From Acaryochloris marina MBIC11017 (GTDB lineage: Bacteria; Cyanobacteriota; Cyanobacteriia; Thermosynechococcales; Thermosynechococcaceae), in assembly GCF_000018105.1 (NCBI RefSeq), contig NC_009925.1:5970001-6002000 (forward strand): DNA of 32,000 nt, read 5' to 3'. Every line of letters begins with the position of its first letter. Position 1 is the first letter of the stretch. Under the pieces are notes generated by a model. The model saw only the letters and a program-made list of their open reading frames with translations. It was not told the DNA's origin and made no database searches. Shown here piece after piece: positions 6,739-15,586 of this stretch. The position numbers were made by a program, and so were the translations under genes.

Positions 6739-8697
6739 ATGCCTGCAACCACCTATATTGCCGAGCCACTTTTAGAAATTGATGGCAAAAAAGCGTCCAA
6801 CGAGCTGATGGAAGATATTCTCCAGATTTCTGTGGAAGAAAGCTTGCACTTACCTGGCATGTTTATCCTGGTGATCAAGAACGACTACTTTTCTGGTCGA
6901 TCTGTTGATGCTCCCTGGCAATATGACGATCTCTTTCAGATTGGTAAAACCATCAAAATCGGCTTTAGCGGCAGTACCACTGAAGCCCAGGACTTTGACG
7001 AAGAGAATCAGGGCTATGTGCTGGATGGAGAAATCACCGGTATGGAGACGAACTTTACTGCGAGTTCTCAAGCCCCTATCGTGATTCGGGGCTACGACAC
7101 GTCCCACCGACTCCATCGAGGTCGCTACAATCGGTCCTTCCAGAATATGACCGACACGGATGTAGTCAAGAAAGTGATTGGAGAAGTCGGAATCCCCGCT
7201 GGCACCATCGATAATAGCGGGTCTCCCCATGACTATATTTTTCAAGAGAATCAGACCAATATGGAATTTCTACGGGAGCGGGCAGCCCGGAATGGGTTTG
7301 AACTCTATGTTCAAGACGGCAAGATGAATTTTAGGAAGCCCAAAGCCAATTCCAATATTTCCCTGACCTGGCTCAAGGATTTGCATAGCTTTAGAGTGCG
7401 GGTCACCAGTGCAGAACAGGTTAAAAGTGTTGAAGTAAGGGGTTGGGATTATGAACGGAAACAAGCCATCGTCTCCACTAAAAATGTTGAGAAACTGCTA
7501 ACCTCCACCGATCATGGCTCTGGCCAGAAACAAAGCACTGTTTTTAATGGCAAACCGACAACGCCCAAAATGATTGTGGTGGATCAGCCTGTCTTTAGTG
7601 CCAAGGAAGCCGATACCATTGCCCAGGCTCTTATTGATGAGCTGGGGGGAGAGTTTGTGGTGGCGGATGCCAGAGCTGAGGGCAATCCTGATTTGAGAAC
7701 GGGACAGGTGGTTCAACTCAAAGATATGGGGAAATACAGCGGCAAGTACTACATCACTGAAACACGCCATGTATTTCAAGATCGGGTTTATTCCACAGAG
7801 TTCAGCGTGCGGGGGTTACGGGGAGGAGATTTACTCTCAACCCTGGCTCCCTCTCAACGACTGCAGGCAGGCCAAACTCTGTTGGTCGGCAAAGTCACGA
7901 ATAACAAAGACCCAAAAGGTTGGGGAAGAGTCCGAGTCAAGTTTCCCACCTTGACGGAGGAGCATGAAAGTAACTGGGCCAGAGTCGTGGCCAGCGGAGC
8001 TGGAAAAGATCGGGGTTTTGACTGTTTACCCGAAGTGGATGATGAGGTGCTAGTGGGGTTTGAACATGGCGATATTCACCGTCCCTATATTGTGGGTGGG
8101 GTGTGGAATGGAAAGGATAGTCCCCCGGAGAAGGTGGAGAGTTCCATTGTCGATGGCAAGGTCAATCTCCGAACGGTGAAAACTCGCACGGGCCATACCC
8201 TCCAATTTGTAGAAGCAGATAAAGATGCCAAAAAGAAAGGCATTTACTTAGATACGGTGTATGGCCACCATTTGTATCTGAATGACAGCGAAAAGTTCGC
8301 GGAATTAAAAACAAAAGAGGGGCATTATGCTCGGCTAGATGATCAAGGCAAAAAGCTAGAAATAAAATCCAAGGGAGGTCATAAAGTCTTACTGGACGAT
8401 AATGGCTCCGCCAAAATCGATATGGTTTCGACGGGAGATATCAATGTTAAATCTGGGACCAGCGGCAGTTCGCGGAAGATTAGCCTGAATGCAGGGGAAA
8501 TCACCCTGACGGCAACGACCAAAATTACGTTAAAAGTGGGTAGCTCATCGATTGAACTCAGCAATTCTGGCGTCACGATTCAGGGGGTTCAGGCTGCCAT
8601 GAAAGGAACTGCCCAAACCAAAATTGATGGGGCTTTGGTGACCGTTCAAGCCTCTGGGGTGAATACCATCAAGGGCTCAATCGTAAAGATCAATTGA
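6739..8697 (+). CDS. vgrG: VgrG-type spike/hub protein (phage gpD-like N-terminus, gp5/baseplate-V OB fold, C-terminal beta-helix repeats); Afp8-equivalent
   Basis: The N-terminal 370 aa or so are gpD-like. The OB-fold signature is GKVTNNKDPKGWGRVRVKFPTL...ESNWARVV...PEVDDEVLVGFEHGDIHRPYIVGGVWNG. The C-terminus carries repetitive beta-helix segments (GHTLQFVE, GHHLYLND, GHYARLDD, GHKVLLDD, ITLTATTKITLKVGSSSIELS). Confidence 0.9.
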   Translation: MPATTYIAEPLLEIDGKKASNELMEDILQISVEESLHLPGMFILVIKNDYFSGRSVDAPWQYDDLFQIGKTIKIGFSGSTTEAQDFDEENQGYVLDGEITGMETNFTASSQAPIVIRGYDTSHRLHRGRYNRSFQNMTDTDVVKKVIGEVGIPAGTIDNSGSPHDYIFQENQTNMEFLRERAARNGFELYVQDGKMNFRKPKANSNISLTWLKDLHSFRVRVTSAEQVKSVEVRGWDYERKQAIVSTKNVEKLLTSTDHGSGQKQSTVFNGKPTTPKMIVVDQPVFSAKEADTIAQALIDELGGEFVVADARAEGNPDLRTGQVVQLKDMGKYSGKYYITETRHVFQDRVYSTEFSVRGLRGGDLLSTLAPSQRLQAGQTLLVGKVTNNKDPKGWGRVRVKFPTLTEEHESNWARVVASGAGKDRGFDCLPEVDDEVLVGFEHGDIHRPYIVGGVWNGKDSPPEKVESSIVDGKVNLRTVKTRTGHTLQFVEADKDAKKKGIYLDTVYGHHLYLNDSEKFAELKTKEGHYARLDDQGKKLEIKSKGGHKVLLDDNGSAKIDMVSTGDINVKSGTSGSSRKISLNAGEITLTATTKITLKVGSSSIELSNSGVTIQGVQAAMKGTAQTKIDGALVTVQASGVNTIKGSIVKIN

Positions 8698-8707
8698 TAG
8701 TGACAAG

Positions 8708-8713
8708 AAGGAG
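8708..8713 (+). promoter_or_regulatory. Shine-Dalgarno sequence AAGGAG for the DUF4280 gene
   Basis: AAGGAG lies 6 nt upstream of the ATG at 8720. Confidence 0.55.
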
Positions 8714-8719
8714 TAGTCA

Positions 8720-9112
8720 ATGGGACAACAAGTCGTCATGGGGGCGTCCTTACAATGTTCTTTTGGAGCAGCACCTAGTTCTTTAATTGTGATTCCCAAA
8801 GGACCACCAGTTCTGACGGGTGGCCCCGCTGCCGCAACTATTATGGACTATGCCCCCATTGCCAATATTCCACCGTTTGGCATGTGTTCTTCCCTGGCGA
8901 ACCCGACGGTCGCCTCGGCAACAGCCGCCGCAATGGGTGTTCTCACCCCGATGCCCTGTATCCCCGTTATTCCAGCCCCTTGGACACCGGGTTCACCAAC
9001 GGTGCTGATCAATAATTTTCCGGCATTAAACAATACATCTAAGTGCTTTTGTACTTGGGGAGGGGTAATTCAGATAACTTATCCAGGACAAGTTACCACT
9101 CAAATTCCTTGA
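8720..9112 (+). CDS. DUF4280 (PAAR-like) spike-tip protein
   Basis: Pattern recalled for DUF4280: GASLQCSFGAAPSSLIV, NIPPFGMCSS, PCIPV...PWTPGSPTVLINN, SKCFCTWGGVIQITYPGQ. The protein is 130 aa with no extension domain. It has a strong RBS and lies immediately downstream of vgrG. Confidence 0.8.
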   Translation: MGQQVVMGASLQCSFGAAPSSLIVIPKGPPVLTGGPAAATIMDYAPIANIPPFGMCSSLANPTVASATAAAMGVLTPMPCIPVIPAPWTPGSPTVLINNFPALNNTSKCFCTWGGVIQITYPGQVTTQIP

Positions 9113-9152
9113 GAAAACGGGGCTGTTAGGGTTGACATTAACAATCCCGAGA

Positions 9153-9335
9153 TTAATCGGACGCCGATTCCTGATCGGATGAGGGTTCCTTCTGTCGTCC
9201 TGCTTTGCGGGTGGATTCCTTAAGTAAAAATTCGATTTGAGCATTGACGCTGCGCAACTCATCCGCCGCCCAACGTTCGAGGGTGTCGTAAAGAGCCTGA
9301 TCAAGTCGTAATAAGAAGCGCTTCTTTTTGCTCAC
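9153..9335 (-). CDS. Arc-type ribbon-helix-helix DNA-binding protein
   Basis: The N-terminus [38 protein letters not shown] is the typical Arc/MetJ-type beta-strand plus two helices. The GTG start overlaps the SPFH stop codon (GTGA). Confidence 0.7.
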   Translation of the reverse strand: MSKKKRFLLRLDQALYDTLERWAADELRSVNAQIEFLLKESTRKAGRQKEPSSDQESASD

Positions 9336-10219
9336 GTATACAGGGTTCCAGCATTAATGATCGGCTGTGTTGAACTTTCAGAAACCAGGGCCACCAGTAA
9401 GTTGTTTACCATAGCAGCTTTCCGTTCTTCATCCAGGTCTACCACCTGTTGCTCACTCAACCGATGCAGTGCCATTTCTACCATGCCTAAGGCACCTTCG
9501 ACGATTCGCTCTTTGGCTGCAATCACTGCGATCGCTTGTTGGCGACGAAGCATCGCTTGGGCAATTTCAGGGGCATAGGCCAGGTGAGTAATTCGAGTTT
9601 CGATAATATCAACCCCAGCAACGTCTAACCGACGCTGGACTTCCTGTTTAAGCAGGTCGGAAATTTGATCAGGATTCCCCCGCAAAGACTCCTGGGTATT
9701 GTCAAAAATATCGTAGGCATAGCGGTTGGCTAAACTCCGGAGGGCCGTCTCACTTTGAATCGCGACGAAGTCGCGGCAGCTTTCGACATCCAGGGTGGCC
9801 TTGGCTGAATCAATCACTCGCCAAACGACAACTGCTGCAATCTCAATCGGACTGCCCTGGGCATCATTGACCTTCAATCTTTCACTGTTGAAGTTGCGAA
9901 CCCGCAGGGAGACTGGGCGCTTACTGACGATGAAAGGAATGGTCCAGTAAAAACCTGGTTCACGGATACTGCCGATATATTTTCCTAGCAAAATTAATAC
10001 CCGAGCCTGATTCGGATCGACTAGGAAAAAACCACTAGCCAATATCCCTGCCATAGCAAATAATCCAGACCCTAGCCAGAGTTGTGGCCCTGCTAATGCT
10101 TTCTCAAATAGAACAAAGGGAAATAAATACCAACTACTGATCCCCAAAAACAATAAGAGAATGGGCAACACCCCAAACCCGTTAATTTTCCAAGCGGATG
10201 ATTCTTTCGTGGAATTCAT
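9332..10219 (-). CDS. SPFH / band-7 (stomatin-prohibitin-like) membrane protein
   Basis: Two N-terminal hydrophobic helices are followed by an SPFH core ([47 protein letters not shown]...[16 protein letters not shown]). Confidence 0.85.
   Translation of the reverse strand: MNSTKESSAWKINGFGVLPILLLFLGISSWYLFPFVLFEKALAGPQLWLGSGLFAMAGILASGFFLVDPNQARVLILLGKYIGSIREPGFYWTIPFIVSKRPVSLRVRNFNSERLKVNDAQGSPIEIAAVVVWRVIDSAKATLDVESCRDFVAIQSETALRSLANRYAYDIFDNTQESLRGNPDQISDLLKQEVQRRLDVAGVDIIETRITHLAYAPEIAQAMLRRQQAIAVIAAKERIVEGALGMVEMALHRLSEQQVVDLDEERKAAMVNNLLVALVSESSTQPIINAGTLYT
9528..9535. repeat. HIP1 palindrome GCGATCGC
   Basis: Exact match read in sequence. Confidence 0.9.
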
Positions 10220-10240
10220 ATCTTTGTTTCCTTTGAATCC

Positions 10241-10270
10241 ATATCACTAAGATAGCAAAGTGATATCACT
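10241..10270. promoter_or_regulatory. Candidate operator: 12-bp perfect palindrome AGTGATATCACT (10259-10270) plus a direct copy of the half-site ATATCACT 22 nt away (10241-10248)
   Basis: Read directly from the sequence. It lies 22-51 nt upstream of the SPFH start codon (10219, minus strand). On the minus strand the palindrome falls between a weak -35-like ATGTCA and a -10-like TATCTT. Confidence 0.4.
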
Positions 10271-10359
10271 TTGACATTGCTGTTACCGTTTGTCATGGAA
10301 GGCCAAGTCTCGCTAACGTAAAGTAGCGATAACAGCAGTTTGGCGCTTGAAGGTGAGCA

Positions 10360-10719
10360 ATGAAAAAGATTGGAATGGGAGTGCTGGTGATCGGACTTGC
10401 GATCGCATGGCTACTACTAGCCGCACAACCCGCCACAGCTATATCCTGGGAACTCGCTGCAGAAACTGATCAAGGCCGAATTCGCCAATATTATGATCGC
10501 GATTCTATCCAACGAATAGGTTCAGAGGTCACGGTCCTCAGCTACTACCTCAATGAAGGTGAAACGCCGCCACGTATCGATTATGTAACTGCGTATGATT
10601 GCAACTCCAACCGATTTAAAGATGTAGAGGTTAACGGCCAAGTGACGAAAGAGGATTGGCATTTACTCATCGCAGATCCCCTTAATGAAGCGATTCGAGA
10701 TTTGGCTTGCGCTCAATAG
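10360..10719 (+). CDS. Small exported hypothetical protein
   Basis: The N-terminus MKKIGMGVLVIGLAIAWLLLAAQPATA is a signal peptide with an A-x-A cleavage motif. The mature part is about 90 aa with two Cys. Confidence 0.6.
   Translation: MKKIGMGVLVIGLAIAWLLLAAQPATAISWELAAETDQGRIRQYYDRDSIQRIGSEVTVLSYYLNEGETPPRIDYVTAYDCNSNRFKDVEVNGQVTKEDWHLLIADPLNEAIRDLACAQ
10399..10406. repeat. HIP1 palindrome GCGATCGC
   Basis: Exact match read in sequence. Confidence 0.9.
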
Positions 10720-10997
10720 TCAATGTTGGCTCCAACAGACTTTTCTTGCCGATAAATATAATTTTTTGTTTTCTATTCACGGAAATTAAGTGCGCCGATC
10801 CATCTAATCACTCGGCAGGGTCTATCTATCTCCAATCCACCTTGTCCAAATCAGTTAAAACCAAATTAGAGATTAGCTTTCAGGGATATTACTGATTTGC
10901 TTTATCAAAATTTCAATTAATTTAGATATAGGGGTAGAAAATTTAGAGCTTTCATTTCCCACTTCATAGGTGTCCTTTTTAAGAGCTCAATATCTTT

Positions 10998-11345
10998 ATG
11001 GTCACGATTGAAGATATCAAAGTTTTTTTCCAAAGGAATATCTCTCTATCTAGACAAACACCACAAGAGAGCTCCAGTAGGATTCCGATTATTGAGTCAT
11101 GGATAGGCTTAGAAAAAGCTGGAAGGCTGATTATCAAAGGTAGGCTTTATGGTCACCCCAAACATTCCGTTGGGGCTAAGATTATAACCTCAACTATTCA
11201 GGGATATTTTGCAGGTGCAGGGCACGTCTATGTCAAAACGCGAAATTCCCTCTATGAGTTGGGACAACCCTGCAATGAACTAGGGTTCCTAAAAGAAATT
11301 TCTGGTGACCAACATCCAGAACAAGTGACAATCTGGAATGAGTAA
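10998..11345 (+). CDS. Hypothetical protein
   Basis: It is the only ORF of useful length in this interval and has non-repetitive, globular-looking composition. I recognise no family. Confidence 0.4.
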   Translation: MVTIEDIKVFFQRNISLSRQTPQESSSRIPIIESWIGLEKAGRLIIKGRLYGHPKHSVGAKIITSTIQGYFAGAGHVYVKTRNSLYELGQPCNELGFLKEISGDQHPEQVTIWNE

Positions 11346-11405
11346 CATTCTTAGATTCTTAGAATGAAGACGGTTGTACGGCGCAAAAAAGACGAATGTT
11401 TACCG

Positions 11406-11990
11406 CTAACCTAATCTCATTCTGAACTCTTCGCTAAAAAAAGCGCCATCCCAGTTGTGAGCTGTTTTAATTTGCGAGACAGTTAGACCTTCGACCTTCC
11501 GGAGGACAGCCCGATGCAAATTCGCATTATATAAATTCGTTCCCAGTAGCTGTGCTCTTTGAAGATTGGCCTCACTTAAATCGGTTTCCATCAAGCTCGC
11601 TCCCATTAAATTAGATTTGGAGAGAATCGCTCTCCCCAGATCAACCCCATATAAATCAGCACCAGCTAAAGTCGCACTGTCTAGATTCGCTCCAAATAAT
11701 CTAGTCCAACACAAGTGGGCCCGACTCATATCGGCTCCATTCAATAGCCCGCCTAATAAATCCGTGTTGGCCAAATTGGCACATCGTAATTCTGCCCCAA
11801 TCAGAATAGTCCCGAGCAGATTAGCCCCACTCATATTTGCCATCTGGAGGTTAGCATTGCTCAGGTCAACTTCAACCCAGTTTGAGCTTGTCAAATTTGG
11901 AATCACATCAGGATACCTTTGTCGCCATTGGTTCCAGGATTGAACCCCTTTCTTTAACTCCGCGACATGTTCAGGATTCGCCATCATCAA
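11406..11990 (-). CDS. Pentapeptide-repeat protein
   Basis: There is a long run of A(D/N)LXX pentapeptides (ANLSGANLLGTILIGAELRCANLANTDLLGGLLNGADMSRAHL...). Confidence 0.85.
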   Translation of the reverse strand: MMMANPEHVAELKKGVQSWNQWRQRYPDVIPNLTSSNWVEVDLSNANLQMANMSGANLLGTILIGAELRCANLANTDLLGGLLNGADMSRAHLCWTRLFGANLDSATLAGADLYGVDLGRAILSKSNLMGASLMETDLSEANLQRAQLLGTNLYNANLHRAVLRKVEGLTVSQIKTAHNWDGAFFSEEFRMRLG

Positions 11991-12465
11991 GTCAAGAGTT
12001 ACATGGCCTTATGTGGTCACAATCTCCAGTAGCTCTTAAAGCGTACTGATCAGAAATACATTGGGAAAATCACTCTTAATCAAAGTAACCATTTGTCGAT
12101 ACTCGATTGAGGAGGGTAGCTTTAGCGTCCCAGACAGAATAGATTACTGACATGGGTTAAACTCCCGATCTTTAGATTTTCAAGATGAGGAAAAACTTAA
12201 TTCATTTCTACAGTTAATATTAATCAATTGAATTAGGGAGATTATTGTTGCAATATAACGATATTTTTGTCCGGTTGCAGAGTTAGCTCAATAAAAGGTA
12301 AATTCTCCCAAAAAGATCAGAGAAATTCATTGTAAATCGTCTATCTCGAATTCCAACACCCCTATCAATGAACCTTTACCTAACATACGTTTAATTTCCC
12401 CAACCCCTTTAAGGGCAAGATACTCAATAGTCTCTGGACTAACGATTGATTTAGATAACTACCCT

Positions 12466-13506
12466 ATGGCTACCCATGGCTCAGGAATAAATAGTCAAAC
12501 CCTCAAGGACAAAGCCATCGAACTGGGTTGCCACAAAGTTGGCCTTGTCAGTGTTGCTCAATGGCAGGACAAAGCGCAAGCCTTAACTCTCCCCTTACAA
12601 CAATGGCTCAACCAGGGATATCACGCCGATATGGCTTGGATGAATGATCCACGTCGACAAGACATTTACCAAGTTATGCCCGATGTCCGCTCCATCATCT
12701 GTTTAGGTATCAACTACTACACTCCCCACCAACGCCCATCAGGACAAGAGTATGCCAAAATCTCACGCTACGGTTGGGGCCGAGACTACCATCGTGTCGT
12801 GGGTCGCCGAATCAAAGCTTTAGCTCTGTGGATGCAAGCACAGGACCCGCGGATCCAAGTCCGCTACTACGTCGATACTGGTCCTGTCCAAGACAAAGTC
12901 TGGGCTGAACGAGCTGGTCTTGGCTGGATTGGTAAACACAGCAACCTGATTTCGCGGAACTATGGTTCCTGGCTTTTTCTAGGAGAAATTCTGACGAATA
13001 TAGACTTGGAACCGGATCGTCCCCACACTCAACATTGTGGTTCCTGTACCCGCTGCATTACAGCCTGCCCCACGGATGCGATTCGTGAACCTTTTGTCGT
13101 TGATGCGAATCGCTGTATTGCGTACCACACCATTGAGAATCGGGAGGCTGCACTGCCCGATGGAATTGCAGCGAATTTACAAGGCTGGGTTGCAGGGTGT
13201 GATATTTGCCAAGATGTATGTCCCTGGAATCAAAGATTTGCCCAAGAGACAGATATTTCTGACTTCCAGCCCTATCCCGAAAATGTTGCCCCGACACTAA
13301 CAGAGCTAGCAACCCTATCGGTATCAGAACGCGATCGCAGATTTAGAGCCTCTGCCCTCCGCCGCATCAAACTGGAAATGCTGCAGCGGAACGCCACAGC
13401 ATCTCTCAAAGCCAATGATCAAAAAGCTAAGCTAACTAAGACTCAGAACCACCTGCACGAGCCGCCGCCGCTTCCTCAGGATGAATCCCCAAGCGAGTCA
13501 GATTAA
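12466..13506 (+). CDS. queG: tRNA epoxyqueuosine(34) reductase
   Basis: Two ferredoxin-type clusters ([12 protein letters not shown] and [11 protein letters not shown]) and a conserved QueG core ([35 protein letters not shown]). Confidence 0.9.
13331..13338. repeat. HIP1 palindrome GCGATCGC
   Basis: Exact match read in sequence. Confidence 0.9.
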
Positions 13507-15586
13507 TGCGACCGCGATTGTCTAGCTCACGGATTTTAACCACCACTTCATCGCCAACGGTGACTTCATCTTCCACCTTGCCAACTCGATAGTCTGCCAA
13601 CTGAGAAATGTGAATCATGCCCTCCTTACTAGGCGCAATTTCCACAAAGGCCCCAATCGGAATAATCCGAGTCACTTTACCCAAGAAAACATCACCAGCT
13701 GCCAGCTTGCGTGTCATACCAGCAATAATCTGGCGAGCACGAGATGCAGCCTTCTCATCTACTGCTGAGATCGTAACGCGACCATCATCTTCGATATCAA
13801 TCTTAGCCCCCGTTTCCTCGGTAATCCCTTTAATGGTCTTACCGCCTGGACCAATAATCATGCCAATCTGTTCTGGATCGATCTTGATGGTCAATAGGCG
13901 AGGTGCATAGGGAGACATCGTTTCGCGAGGACTGTCAATTGTCGCCAGCATCTTATCCAAAATATGGAGTCGAGCGGGTTTCGCTTGATGAATCGCCTCA
14001 GCGATCACTTTCATCGATAAACCGGTGATTTTCATGTCCATTTGCAGGGCGGTAATGCCATCCGCAGTACCCGCTACCTTAAAGTCCATATCCCCCAAGA
14101 AATCTTCAATCCCTTGAATATCTGTGAGTACTCGAACTTCTTCCCCTTCCTTGATTAAGCCCATAGCGGCTCCACTCACTGGCTTAGCCAGGGGCACTCC
14201 CGCATCCATCAAGGACAAAGTGGATCCGCAAACTGACCCCATTGATGTAGACCCGTTAGAGGATAAGACTTCGGAAACGACTCGAAGAACGTAGGGGAAT
14301 TCTTCTTTACTAGGAAGCATCGGTAGTAAAGCTCTTTCAGCCAGAGCCCCATGCCCTACTTCCCGACGTCCAGGCGAGCGCATTGGTCGGGTTTCACCCA
14401 CAGAATAAGGCGGGAAATTATAGTGATGAAGGTAACGCTTTTGGCTATCAGGATGGAGATCATCCATTTCTTGAGCATCACCCGGTGTTCCCAAGGTCGC
14501 GATAGACAAAACCTGGGTTAAGCCACGGTTGAATAAGCCACTGCCGTGAACCCGCTGGGGGAGAACACCCACATTACAAGAAATAGGACGAACTTCATCT
14601 AACTTACGGCCATCCACTCGGACCTTATCTTCAACCACCTGGCGGCGCATTAAGGTTTTAGTAATACTCTTAAAAACCTTACCAATAGCTTTGGGGTTTT
14701 CTACTGCTGCCACCTGTACTGGATCTGTTTCCGGAAGCTCATCGATAGCAACTTTCACAGATTCCTTAATCTCATCTAAGGCAGCATCTCGAACATTTTT
14801 ATCCTTCTCAAACCGGGCTAGAACGTCTTTAACAGGGTCAGTTACGCGCTCTTGGACAAAATTCTCTAGGGTTGGATCCGTTTCTGGAGCAGCTTCTTCT
14901 ACCTGCTCAATCCCCAACTCAGCTATCAACTCTTTTTGAGCCTTAATGAGGTCACAAACCACCTCATACCCAAAATCGATGGCCTCGATCATGTCTTGCT
15001 CAGCCACTTCATTGGCCCCAGCTTCAACCATAATCACCCCATCCGGTGAACCAGCAACAACGAGATCTAGTTCCCCTTCAGAGATCTCCTCATAGGTGGG
15101 GTTAATAATAAAGTCATCCCCCACTAGGCCAACGCGCACGGCAGCCATGGGCCCTTTAAAAGGTATTTTGGCCAAGAGGGTGGCAACAGAAGCCCCCGTC
15201 ACGGCTAAGACGTCAGGGGGAACCTGCTCATCCATAGATATAGTGGTTGCCACAATTTGCAAATCATCCCGCAACCAATTCGGGAATAGGGGGCGCATGG
15301 GTCGGTCGATCAGGCGACAGGTTAAGGTTGCTTTCTCAGGGGGTCGACCTTCCCGTCGTAGAAAGCCCCCCGGCACACGACCGGCTGCATACAGTCTCTC
15401 CTCGTAATCTACGAGTAAAGGAAGAAAATCAATTCCTTCACGTCCTGACGATCTCGTCGCAGTGACTAGAACTGAAGTTTCACCAGATTCAATCAATACA
15501 CACCCACCGGCCTGCGGAGCGAAACGGCCGATAGTGAGTTTTATTTCTCGCCCGTCAACAGATATTGACTTAATAACTTCTGACAT
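13436..15586 (-). CDS. pnp: Polynucleotide phosphorylase
   Basis: 716 aa with two RNase PH domains, KH ([11 protein letters not shown]) and S1 ([15 protein letters not shown]) domains, and a canonical PNPase N-terminus. Confidence 0.97.

Noticed and set aside
6739-9112. Reading VgrG plus PAAR-like as a type VI secretion island
   Set aside because: The gene immediately upstream has Afp7-type tube-initiator motifs, which belong to eCIS and phage tails rather than T6SS. No TssA-M-like genes are visible, and T6SS is not characteristic of cyanobacteria. This cannot be fully excluded without the whole genome.
9141-9155. Short hairpin AATCGG-ACG-CCGATT between the DUF4280 gene and the RHH gene
   Set aside because: The stem is only 6 bp and the last bases of the hairpin run into the RHH stop codon (9153-9155). 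There is no U-tract. This is insufficient to call a terminator for the CIS-like operon.
6850-9304. Antisense or alternative-frame ORFs within the VgrG and DUF4280 genes (6850-7245, 7270-7464, 7498-7779, 7769-7954, 8379-8576, 8820-9008, 8848-9033, 9026-9304)
   Set aside because: They are embedded in genes with strong family signatures and have no features of their own.
10707-10895. 62-aa ORF in the AT-rich spacer after the small exported protein gene
   Set aside because: It has odd composition and no RBS, and it overlaps the stop of the upstream gene. It is most likely a chance ORF.
11566-11943. 125-aa ORF antisense to the pentapeptide-repeat gene
   Set aside because: It is a mirror-image product of the repetitive A(D/N)LXX coding sequence. 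The minus-strand reading gives the canonical repeat.
13617-15465. Four ORFs antisense to pnp (13617-13910, 14691-14939, 15096-15407, 15247-15465) and two ORFs inside queG (13037-13300, 13058-13312)
   Set aside because: They lie inside highly conserved housekeeping genes and have low-complexity translations.
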